Source: Corallococcus caeni
Lineage (GTDB): Bacteria > Myxococcota > Myxococcia > Myxococcales > Myxococcaceae
Assembly (NCBI RefSeq): GCF_036245865.1
Contig: NZ_BTTW01000008.1
Location: forward strand, 96,396-160,395
Direction of reading: 5' to 3'
Length of the DNA: 64,000 nucleotides
The notes below the pieces were generated by a model, which worked only from the letters and a program-made list of their open reading frames with translations, searched no databases and had not been told where the DNA came from. Shown piece by piece: positions 31,144-39,264 of this stretch; the first letter of the stretch is position 1; every line of letters begins with the position of its first letter. A program made the position numbers and the translations under genes.

Positions 31144-34080
31144 GTGAAGATCGGCCGGACCTCGGAGAACGACCTGGTGCTGCATGACCACGGTGTCTCC
31201 CGGCGTCATGCCCGCATCACGGCGAGGGATGGGCGCTACTTCGCCGAGGACGTCGGCAGCGCGAACGGCACGCAGCTGAACGGCCAGCCGCTGGGCGGCG
31301 AGAAGCAGCTGCGCGACGGCGACCGCATCACCGTCGGTCCGGTGGAGTTCACGTTCGTCTGGGTGGCGCCGGAGGATGACGACGACGTCACCCGGCCCAT
31401 CCGGCGCGCGCTCGCGCCGCCGCATGCGCGGGTGTCGCCGCAGGGCGTGGAGCAGGCTTCGCTCGCGGAGATCGAAGCGGCGCCCACGAGCTACCAGCAG
31501 TCGATGCCCGCGATGGCGCGGCCCGCGTCCCTGCCGCGCCCCGGGATGGCCGTGCCCGCCGCGAAGGGTGGGGCGGCTGTTCCCGCGATGCCGGTGATGC
31601 CGGTGATGCCGAGCGCTACGCCGAAGCGGCCCTCCGCGCCGGATCTGCCAGCGGTCGGTGCCGCTCCGGCCAGGACTCCCCCGGGGCCTCCCGTGTTGGG
31701 AGCTGCGGCATCGGGAGCGGCCGTTCCGAGCAGGGCTCCCGCTGGACCTCCCGTGCTGGGGGCTTCCGCGCCCGGAGGTCAGGTGGCCGGAGCTCCGGCC
31801 AAGGCTCCCGGGGCGAGCGCTTCCGCGTCGGGCAGATCCTCCGCGCCGGGCTTGCCCGCGGTGGGGGCGTCCCCGGCGAACAAGGCCGGCGCGACGCCTC
31901 CAGCCCCAGGGGCTTCCCCCTCGGGAAGAGCCTCGGCGCCGGGCTTGCCCGCCGTCGGTGCCTCGGGTTCAGGCCGGTCGTCCGTACCGGGCGCGACCTC
32001 CATGCCCGCGGGGGTTCCCGAGCCCGCGCACCCGACGGCGCGTGAGCTTCCCGTGGTGGGCGCCCCTGCCTCGGTGGAAGCTGCTCCAGCGCCTGAGAAG
32101 GCCGCGGCCCCAGGCCCCGGAGAGCCGGCCGCTTCCGCGAAGCGCAAGGCTGGCGCGAACCTCCCCGGTGTCGGCGCGCCCGCGCTGAACCGTCCCGAGC
32201 TGGGTCGTGGCGCGGCACGTGCGTCCGCGGCTCCCGCGTCCAGCCTGCCGTTGATGACGCCGCCGGGGTTCATGGCTCCGCCTCCGCCGGCACGGCCTCC
32301 TGTCGCCCCGCCTCCCGTGGACCTCGCTCCGGTGATGCCGGACGAACCCGAGGAGCGCACGCTGATGGCGATCTCCACCGTGGATTCGCCCGTGCCCACC
32401 TCCACGCTGGCCCCCGTGCTGCCCGTCCCGGACCTGGAGGAGCCCGAGGAGCGCACGCTGATGGCGATCTCCACCGTGGATTCGCCCGTGCCCGCCTCCA
32501 CGCTGGCCCCCGTGCTGCCCGTCCCGGACCTGGAGGAGCCCGAGGAGCACACGCTGATGGCGATTCCGGCGACCCCGGAAGCGCCGCCCCGGGTGGAAGA
32601 CGCGCCGCCGTTGGACGCTTCATCCGCGCTGCCCGTGCCGACGATGGAGGAGCCCGAGGAGCGGACCGTCCTCGACCTCCGGCCCATCACCCCGGTCAGC
32701 CCGCTGGTGGCCAGGCCGCTGCGCTTTGGCGTCGCGGTGGCGACTCCCCCCGCGCCGGGCGCCCCCGAACCGGCGACCTTCGTCGGCCAGGACGACGCCA
32801 TCCCCGCGGACGCTCCGGAGGAGACCCGGGCATCCCCCACCTTCGCGGGCCAGAACGCTCCCGCTGCTCCCGCTTTGGCGCCTCCGCCCGCCTGGAGTCC
32901 CCCCGTCCCGCCGCCTTCGCCGGAGCCGGAGCCGGTCACGCTCGTGGGCCGGAACCGGTCCGCGTCTCCGCCGAAGCTCGACGCCGGACCGATGCCCGGC
33001 GAGGCGCCGCTGCTGGCTCCCGCGCTCGTCCCGGAAGGGGAGGGCAACGCCACCCAGCCCCACCCTCCCGGACTGGAAGCCTCCGCGATCGAGCCCGGGC
33101 CCAAGGGGCCGGTGACGGTCGTCGCGAAGGTCGAACCGTCGTCCGCCGCCGACAAGGCGCGCAAGCGGCGTCAGCTGGGCAAGACGCTCAAGGGCCAGTT
33201 CCTCCTCTTCTGGCAGCGCCAGTCGTTGCCCCGGCGCATTGGCTTCGCGTCGCTGGCGGGGCTGGGCGCGCTGGCGCTGGTGACGCTGCTCGTGGCGCTC
33301 GTGGTGCCCTCGGCGATCCGGCTCCCCGGCCGCGAACCCTACAAGCTGGGCATGGATCCGGTGCCGGACTCCTTTGGCCTGGGCGAGGGCGTGCGGTGGG
33401 TGCACGCCGACGACAAGCTCTTCGACTTCCGCTTCGTGTCCCCCACGCGCGCGGTGGCCGTGCTGCACTACCAGGCCAGCAACATCGCCCGGGACGAGGT
33501 CAACCTGTCCCTCAACGGGGTGTCCCTGGGGTGGGTGCCCCCGGACACGGCGCAGACGGCCGAGCGCGAGCTGGAGCAGGTCCTGCCCCCCAGCCTCCTG
33601 CGCCGCAACGCCAACAACCAGCTGCTCTTCGACAACGCCCTCAACCCGCCCGGCCGCGACCCCTGGCGCATCTGGAACCTGCGCCTGGAAGTCATCCCGG
33701 TGCCCGAGCTGCCGCCGGATCAGCTGGTCGCTTCCGCCCGGGAGTCCGCCAAGACCGGGGCCCGCTTCTACGAGCTGAAGGACGTGGGCGCGGAGAACCT
33801 GTTCAAGGCGTGGCGGGAGTACCGCGCCGCGTGGATCACCCTGGAAGCGCTCGACGAAAAGCCGGAGCTGTACGACGACGTCCGGGAGCGGATCGCCCAG
33901 ATTTCAACGGAGCTGGACCACCGCTGCGGGCAGTTGATGATGCAATTCCAGCGGGCGGTTCAGTTCCGCAGCCGACGGGATGCGGTCGCGACCCTCGAAG
34001 ACGTGCGGAGACGCTTCCCTACCGCCGAGCATCGCTGCCACAATCTGGCGCTGGAAAAAGCCTATGAGCACGAGCTTTAG
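31144..34080 (+). CDS. FHA-domain protein with a Pro/Ala-rich repeat region, one TM helix and a periplasmic C-terminal domain; the true start is probably upstream (~31075)
   Basis: FHA core (IGRTSENDLVLHDHGVSRRHARI...GSANGTQLNG). Internal near-perfect 96-nt tandem repeats. TM helix FASLAGLGALALVTLLVALVV. Confidence 0.75.
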   Translation: MKIGRTSENDLVLHDHGVSRRHARITARDGRYFAEDVGSANGTQLNGQPLGGEKQLRDGDRITVGPVEFTFVWVAPEDDDDVTRPIRRALAPPHARVSPQGVEQASLAEIEAAPTSYQQSMPAMARPASLPRPGMAVPAAKGGAAVPAMPVMPVMPSATPKRPSAPDLPAVGAAPARTPPGPPVLGAAASGAAVPSRAPAGPPVLGASAPGGQVAGAPAKAPGASASASGRSSAPGLPAVGASPANKAGATPPAPGASPSGRASAPGLPAVGASGSGRSSVPGATSMPAGVPEPAHPTARELPVVGAPASVEAAPAPEKAAAPGPGEPAASAKRKAGANLPGVGAPALNRPELGRGAARASAAPASSLPLMTPPGFMAPPPPARPPVAPPPVDLAPVMPDEPEERTLMAISTVDSPVPTSTLAPVLPVPDLEEPEERTLMAISTVDSPVPASTLAPVLPVPDLEEPEEHTLMAIPATPEAPPRVEDAPPLDASSALPVPTMEEPEERTVLDLRPITPVSPLVARPLRFGVAVATPPAPGAPEPATFVGQDDAIPADAPEETRASPTFAGQNAPAAPALAPPPAWSPPVPPPSPEPEPVTLVGRNRSASPPKLDAGPMPGEAPLLAPALVPEGEGNATQPHPPGLEASAIEPGPKGPVTVVAKVEPSSAADKARKRRQLGKTLKGQFLLFWQRQSLPRRIGFASLAGLGALALVTLLVALVVPSAIRLPGREPYKLGMDPVPDSFGLGEGVRWVHADDKLFDFRFVSPTRAVAVLHYQASNIARDEVNLSLNGVSLGWVPPDTAQTAERELEQVLPPSLLRRNANNQLLFDNALNPPGRDPWRIWNLRLEVIPVPELPPDQLVASARESAKTGARFYELKDVGAENLFKAWREYRAAWITLEALDEKPELYDDVRERIAQISTELDHRCGQLMMQFQRAVQFRSRRDAVATLEDVRRRFPTAEHRCHNLALEKAYEHEL
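32351..32575 (+). repeat. Near-perfect 96-nt (32-aa) in-frame tandem repeat, ~2.3 copies, inside the FHA gene
   Basis: Unit 1 (32351-32446) and unit 2 (32447-32542) are each 96 nt. They differ at one nucleotide, plus a partial third copy. Encodes EERTLMAISTVDSPVP(T/A)STLAPVLPVPDLEEP. Confidence 0.8.
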
Positions 34081-34107
34081 GGCCCGTGCCCCCCTCAGCA
34101 GGACGCG

Positions 34108-35856
34108 GTGACCGCCATGTCGAACGCACCACCCCCCGCCCGCCGACGGCCTACATCCGGTACGCCCTCTTCCGGGACCGGACAGCGCGCGCCGGTCCGC
34201 CGGTCCACCGCCGGTGCCGCCGCGGCCCGCCCCGCGAAGCTCGTCGTCATCGCCGGTCCCATGGAGGGTGAGGAGTTCGCGCTCGCCGACCTCGAGTACA
34301 CGGTCGGCCGCGCCACGGACAACCCCATCTGCATCCAGGACACGTCGGTCTCCCGCAAGCACGTGACGCTGCGCAAGGAGTCCGCCGGCTGGATGGTCAG
34401 CGACATGGGCTCCGGCAACGGCACCATCGTCAACGGCGAGCCCATCACCGAGGAGACGCTCCTCGCCAACGGGGACGTCATCACGCTGGGCGACTCGGAG
34501 CTGCGTTACGAGGACACCGCCAACAGCACCGCCAAGGTGCAGGCCCCCTCCGGCTCCCGGCCCCGTCCGTCCACGGCGGCGGGGCGCGGTCCCACGGCCG
34601 TGCCCTCGCGTCCTTCCCGCGAGGGACGTGCGCGCCCGCAGACGGCGCGGGCCGCGGCCGCCGCGGAGCTCACGCCGGAGATGCAGCGCAAGCGCATGCG
34701 GATGAAGCTCGCGGGCGCCGCCGTGCTGGTGCTGCTCTTCGCGGGCCTGGGCGTCGCGCGCTCGCGCATGCGGCACCAGCAGGAGGAGCAGGGCCGCATC
34801 GAGGCGGAGCAGCGCCAGTACCGCGAGCAGCTGGGCGGCCTCTTCCAGGAGGCCAAGAACCTGGTGCGCGAGGGCCAGTGGCAGCAGGCCAAGGCGAAGC
34901 TGGAGGAGCTCCACGCGCAGGCGCCGGACTACCCCGGCGTGGAGGACTACCTCAAGGCCGCGGAGCGGGAGATCCCCAACCAGAACCACCTGAGCACGGC
35001 CCAGGCGGCGCTGGACAAGGGGGAGCTCGCCAGCGCGAAGGCGTCCATCGCGAAGGTGAGCGCCGACACGCAGCTCTACGAGCAGCTGAAGACGGCGCGC
35101 AAGAACCTGACGGACGCCGCCGACAAGCGCACGAAGGAAGCCAAGCAGCTGCTGGACACCCGCCAGCTGGAGAACGTGCAGAAGGCCAAGGCCATCACCG
35201 ACGACGTGCTCGCGACCTTCCCGGAGCACCGCGACGGCAAGCTCGTGAACGACGATGCCGTGCGCGTCATCGCGGACCTGACCCGTCCGGATCCGGTGCG
35301 CGTGGCCGCGGCGCCCAAGCCGTGGGAGCCCGCCGTGGACCGCTTCCGCGACGGTGACACGTCCGGCGCGGTGGCCATCCTCAACGCGTGCGCGGCCAAG
35401 ACGCCGCAGTGCAAGCAGCTGATGGGGCAGGTGACGGAGTTCGGCAACCTCTACAAGAAGCTGGAGGAGCTGGACGCCAAGGGCCTCACCCGGTTGCTCG
35501 CGCTGGACAAGGACATCACCGACGGGCGCGGCAGCAAGATGGGCCGCAACGCGGGCACCCGCGCGTCGACCATCTATTACAAGAGCGCCGCGGGCGCGAA
35601 GGCCGCCGGCCAGTGGTCGCGCGCCATGGAGTTCGCCCGCCGCGCGCTCCAGGCGGACCCCAACCACACGGGCGCCGCCAACATCGTCAACGACCTCAAG
35701 GGCAAGGCGAAGGACCTGTACATGCAGGCCTACTCCATCAAGGACTCCAGCCCGGAGGACGCGCTGCCCAAGTTCCGCGACGTCGTCACGATGACGCCGC
35801 CCGACGACGAGCTGCACGGCAAGGCCCAGGGCTGGGTCGAGAAGCTGTCGCGATGA
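34108..35856 (+). CDS. Second FHA-domain protein with a TM helix and TPR/coiled-coil-like periplasmic region
   Basis: FHA core (VGRATDNPICIQDTSVSRKHVTLRK...GSGNGTIVNG). TM helix LAGAAVLVLLFAGLGV. Its stop overlaps the xseA start (ATGA). Confidence 0.75.
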   Translation: MTAMSNAPPPARRRPTSGTPSSGTGQRAPVRRSTAGAAAARPAKLVVIAGPMEGEEFALADLEYTVGRATDNPICIQDTSVSRKHVTLRKESAGWMVSDMGSGNGTIVNGEPITEETLLANGDVITLGDSELRYEDTANSTAKVQAPSGSRPRPSTAAGRGPTAVPSRPSREGRARPQTARAAAAAELTPEMQRKRMRMKLAGAAVLVLLFAGLGVARSRMRHQQEEQGRIEAEQRQYREQLGGLFQEAKNLVREGQWQQAKAKLEELHAQAPDYPGVEDYLKAAEREIPNQNHLSTAQAALDKGELASAKASIAKVSADTQLYEQLKTARKNLTDAADKRTKEAKQLLDTRQLENVQKAKAITDDVLATFPEHRDGKLVNDDAVRVIADLTRPDPVRVAAAPKPWEPAVDRFRDGDTSGAVAILNACAAKTPQCKQLMGQVTEFGNLYKKLEELDAKGLTRLLALDKDITDGRGSKMGRNAGTRASTIYYKSAAGAKAAGQWSRAMEFARRALQADPNHTGAANIVNDLKGKAKDLYMQAYSIKDSSPEDALPKFRDVVTMTPPDDELHGKAQGWVEKLSR

Positions 35857-37568
35857 AGAAGCGCAAGGGGCTGGAGCCGCCCCCGGCCGAGGAGCCGGGG
35901 CAGGGCGACCTGTTCGGCACGTCGCTGCTGCCACCCCTGCGCCCCCCTCCCGCGAAGGCCGCGAGCCCGAGCAAGCCACCCGTGGCCCCGCCGCCCGCGC
36001 CGGTGGCCGAAGCCGCGCCGCCGCCGCTGCCCGTCACCGTCACGCCGCCGCCGCGCCCGGAGCGCACGGTGCTGTCGGTGGGGGAGCTCACCCGGCAGAT
36101 CAAGCAGACAGTGGAGTCGCGCTTCCCGCGCGTACTGGTGCGCGGCGAGGTGTCCAGCTTCCGGGGCGCCAACGCTCGCGGCCACTGGTACTTCACGCTC
36201 AAGGACGCGGACGCCTCCATCGACGCGAAGGTGTGGGCGTCCATGGCGGGGCGGATGCGCTTCGCGCTGCGCGACGGCATGGAGGTGCTGGCCGAAGGCA
36301 GCGTGGACCTGTACGAGCCCCAGGGGCGCTACAGCCTCATCGTGTCCCGGCTGGAGCCGGTGGGCGAGGGCGCGCTGGCGCTCGCGTTCGAGCAGCTCAA
36401 GCAGCGGCTGGCGGCGGAGGGGCTCATCGGCGACCGGCGCGTGCGGCCGCCCCGGCCCGTGCCGTTCCTGCCCCGGCGCATCGGCGTCGTGACGAGCCGC
36501 ACCGGCGCGGCGCTCCAGGACTTCCTGCGCGTGCTGCACTCGCGCAACCCCCGGCTGGGCGTGCTCCTGGCGGACGCGCGCGTGCAGGGCGAGGGCTCCG
36601 CGGAGGACGTGGCGCGGGCCATCGAGCGGCTGGGGCGCACCGACGTGGACGTCATCGTCGTGACGCGCGGCGGAGGGTCCGTGGAGGACCTCTGGACGTT
36701 CAACGAGGAGCGGGTGGCGCGGGCCATCTTCGCCTCGCCGGTGCCGGTGGTGTCCGCCATCGGGCACGAGATCGACTTCACCATCTCCGACTTCGTCGCG
36801 GACCTGCGCGCGCCCACGCCCAGCGCGGCGGCGGAGCGGCTGGCGCCGGTGCTGGCGGACCTGGAGCTGACGCTGGCCACGCAGTCCGGCCGCCTGCGCC
36901 GGGCCATGGAGCGGCGGGTGCTGGAGCTGCGCGAGCGCCAGGGTCAGCTTCGCGCGCGGCTGCCGGATCCGCGCCGCGAGGTGAACCATCAGCGGCTGCA
37001 CCTGTCCGAACAGGTGGAGGCGATGATGCGCGTGCTGCGCCCCCGCGTGCGTCAGGACCGGGAGACGCTGCGCGGCCTCCAGGAGCGGCTGCAGCGCTCG
37101 CGGCCCCAGACGCGGCTGTCGGAGCAGCGGGCCCATCTGCTCAAGCTGGCCATGCGCCTGTCGGAGGCGGCCCGCGCGGGCGTGTCCCGGCGGCGGGGCG
37201 CGCTGGCGGACGCGCGGCTGAGCCTGGAGCGGGCCTCGCCCACGGCGCGGGTGGCCACCGAGCGGGCGAGGGTGGCGCAGGCCCGGTCGCGGCTCCTGGA
37301 GCTGCAGCGGGGCATGCTGTCGTCCGCGCAGACGCACTTCGGGCGGCTGGGGGGCCGGCTGGACGCCCTGAGCCCCCTGAAGGTGATGTCGCGCGGCTAC
37401 GCGGTGGCGTTCCGCCAGCGGGACGGCGGGGTGGTGCGTTCCATGGCGGACGTGGCGGTGGGGGACGTGCTGGGCATCAAGCTGGCGGCCCACGGGGCGA
37501 AAACCCTGGGAGGGTGTGAAGAAATCGAAGCGACCGTTACCAGCCTGAAAGGCCCGGTGGACTGCTAG
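35853..37568 (+). CDS. xseA: Exodeoxyribonuclease VII large subunit
   Basis: OB-fold N-terminus and XseA catalytic core (GVVTSRTGAALQDFL, VVTRGGGSVEDLWTFN). ATG at 35853 is in frame with the track ORF. Confidence 0.9.
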   Translation: MKKRKGLEPPPAEEPGQGDLFGTSLLPPLRPPPAKAASPSKPPVAPPPAPVAEAAPPPLPVTVTPPPRPERTVLSVGELTRQIKQTVESRFPRVLVRGEVSSFRGANARGHWYFTLKDADASIDAKVWASMAGRMRFALRDGMEVLAEGSVDLYEPQGRYSLIVSRLEPVGEGALALAFEQLKQRLAAEGLIGDRRVRPPRPVPFLPRRIGVVTSRTGAALQDFLRVLHSRNPRLGVLLADARVQGEGSAEDVARAIERLGRTDVDVIVVTRGGGSVEDLWTFNEERVARAIFASPVPVVSAIGHEIDFTISDFVADLRAPTPSAAAERLAPVLADLELTLATQSGRLRRAMERRVLELRERQGQLRARLPDPRREVNHQRLHLSEQVEAMMRVLRPRVRQDRETLRGLQERLQRSRPQTRLSEQRAHLLKLAMRLSEAARAGVSRRRGALADARLSLERASPTARVATERARVAQARSRLLELQRGMLSSAQTHFGRLGGRLDALSPLKVMSRGYAVAFRQRDGGVVRSMADVAVGDVLGIKLAAHGAKTLGGCEEIEATVTSLKGPVDC

Positions 37569-37609
37569 CGGGCCACCCTCTACATTCCGCGCCCCGCTCG
37601 GGGAGGTGG

Positions 37610-37948
37610 ATGGCCGTGGCGAAGTCGGACAAGAACCCCAAGGTGGAGCCCGCTCCGGAGCAGTACGGGGACGTGGTGTCGCGCCTGGAAGAGACGGTGG
37701 CGCGGCTGGAAAGCGGCGACCTGTCGCTGGAAGAGTCGCTCAAGGCGTTCGAGGAGGGCATCCGCCTGGTCCGCCGGGGCGAGAAGCTGCTCACGGAGGC
37801 CGAGCAGCGCATCGAGCAGCTGCTGGTGGACGAGGATGGCCAGGAGGTCGTCGCGCCGCTGGCGGTGGGGGCCCGGCCCGCTCCCCAGGCCGCACCCCGG
37901 TCGGCCGCGCAGGCGCGTCCGCCACCGGAGGACGATGTCCCGTTCTAG
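37610..37948 (+). CDS. xseB: Exodeoxyribonuclease VII small subunit
   Basis: XseB helical motif (LEETVARLESGDLSLEESLKAFEEG). Confidence 0.85.
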   Translation: MAVAKSDKNPKVEPAPEQYGDVVSRLEETVARLESGDLSLEESLKAFEEGIRLVRRGEKLLTEAEQRIEQLLVDEDGQEVVAPLAVGARPAPQAAPRSAAQARPPPEDDVPF

Positions 37949-37975
37949 GCATCAGGGGAAGGGCGGAGGCCGGGC

Positions 37976-38365
37976 ATGTCGAAGCCGAAGATTACGATTG
38001 TCGATGACGACCGGGACACGCGCGAGCTGCTCGCCGAGGCCCTGGGGGCCGAGGGGTTCGAGGTGATGTCCGCGGCCAACGGCCTGCGGCTCGTCGCGTC
38101 GCTGGAGCTGCACCGGCCGCACGCCATCCTCCTGGACGTGAACATGTCCTGGATCAACGGCTTCGAGCTGTGTCAGGCCGTGAAGCAGAACAAGCAGTTC
38201 CGGGACATCCCCATCATCTTCATCAGCGGGCGGGGAGACCCGGAGGACAAGCGGCGCGGCATGGAGGTCGGCGCGGCCGACTACTTCGTGAAGCCGCTGG
38301 AACTGGACGCGCTCGTCAAGCGCATCCGCGAACTCATCCCCGCCGACGTGGCGAAGGAGCCCTGA
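37976..38365 (+). CDS. Single-domain response regulator (CheY-like receiver)
   Basis: REC motifs (ITIVDDD, ILLDVNM, K at FVKPL). Confidence 0.8.
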   Translation: MSKPKITIVDDDRDTRELLAEALGAEGFEVMSAANGLRLVASLELHRPHAILLDVNMSWINGFELCQAVKQNKQFRDIPIIFISGRGDPEDKRRGMEVGAADYFVKPLELDALVKRIRELIPADVAKEP

Positions 38366-38370
38366 CGCCG

Positions 38371-39264
38371 ATGGCCGCTTTCAACCTGGACCCCTTCATG
38401 CGCACGCAGCAGGAGCGGGTGGAGACGCTCCTGCGCGAGAGCGCGGAACGCTGGGGCCCCGCGGGCACGCCGCCGAAGCTGGCGGAGTCCATGCGCTACT
38501 CGCTGCTCGCGGGCGGCAAGCGCCTGCGCCCGGTGCTGTGCCTGGCCTTCGCGGACGCGGTGACCCAGTCGAGCACCGACACCGCCGCCGTGCGGGACGC
38601 CGCGTGCGCGCTGGAGTACGTGCACACGTACTCGCTGGTGCATGACGACCTCCCCTCCATGGACAACGACGACCTGCGCCGGGGCGTGCCCACGAACCAC
38701 AAGGTCTACGGCGAGCCGCTGGCGCTGCTGGCCGGGGACGGGCTGCTCACGGAGGCCTTCTCGCTGCTCGCCTCCGGGCCGGAGCCGGTGCGCGGCACGC
38801 TGTGCGCGGAGCTGGCGCGCGCTTCGGGCGCGGCGGGGATGGTGGGCGGGCAGGCGCTGGACATCGCGGCGGACCGGGCCGCGACGCTGGACTACCTGCT
38901 GCGGCTGCACCGGCTGAAGACGGGCGCGCTCATCCTGGCGGCGTGCCGGATGGGCGTCCTGGCGGCCGGAGGCGACGCGGCGGCGCTCGCGAGCGCGGTG
39001 GCGTACGGAGAAGCCGTGGGCCTGGCCTTCCAGATCGCCGACGACGTGCTGGACGTGACGTCGAGCGCGGAGGCCATGGGCAAGCCGGTGGGCGCGGACG
39101 CGGAGGCCGGGCGCTTCACGTTCCCGGCGGTGGTGGGGCTGGACGAGTCGCGCCGCATGGCCGCGGAGCTGGTGGCCCGGGCGGAAGCCGCGGTGCGCCC
39201 GCTCGAGGGCGCGGACGGACCGCTGGCGGCGCTGGCGCGCTACTCGGTGGAGCGGAAGTCCTGA
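38371..39264 (+). CDS. ispA: Polyprenyl (farnesyl/geranylgeranyl) diphosphate synthase
   Basis: First aspartate-rich motif LVHDDLPSMDNDDLRRG and second motif FQIADDVLD. Confidence 0.85.
   Translation: MAAFNLDPFMRTQQERVETLLRESAERWGPAGTPPKLAESMRYSLLAGGKRLRPVLCLAFADAVTQSSTDTAAVRDAACALEYVHTYSLVHDDLPSMDNDDLRRGVPTNHKVYGEPLALLAGDGLLTEAFSLLASGPEPVRGTLCAELARASGAAGMVGGQALDIAADRAATLDYLLRLHRLKTGALILAACRMGVLAAGGDAAALASAVAYGEAVGLAFQIADDVLDVTSSAEAMGKPVGADAEAGRFTFPAVVGLDESRRMAAELVARAEAAVRPLEGADGPLAALARYSVERKS

Noticed and set aside
32351-32575. Possible CRISPR-like array (regularly spaced identical repeats)
   Set aside because: The repeats are directly adjacent with no spacers, are in frame within a coding sequence, and encode a repeated peptide. 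This is a coding tandem repeat, not a CRISPR array.
33904-37493. Minus-strand ORFs of 691 and 587 aa
   Set aside because: They are antisense to the second FHA gene and xseA.
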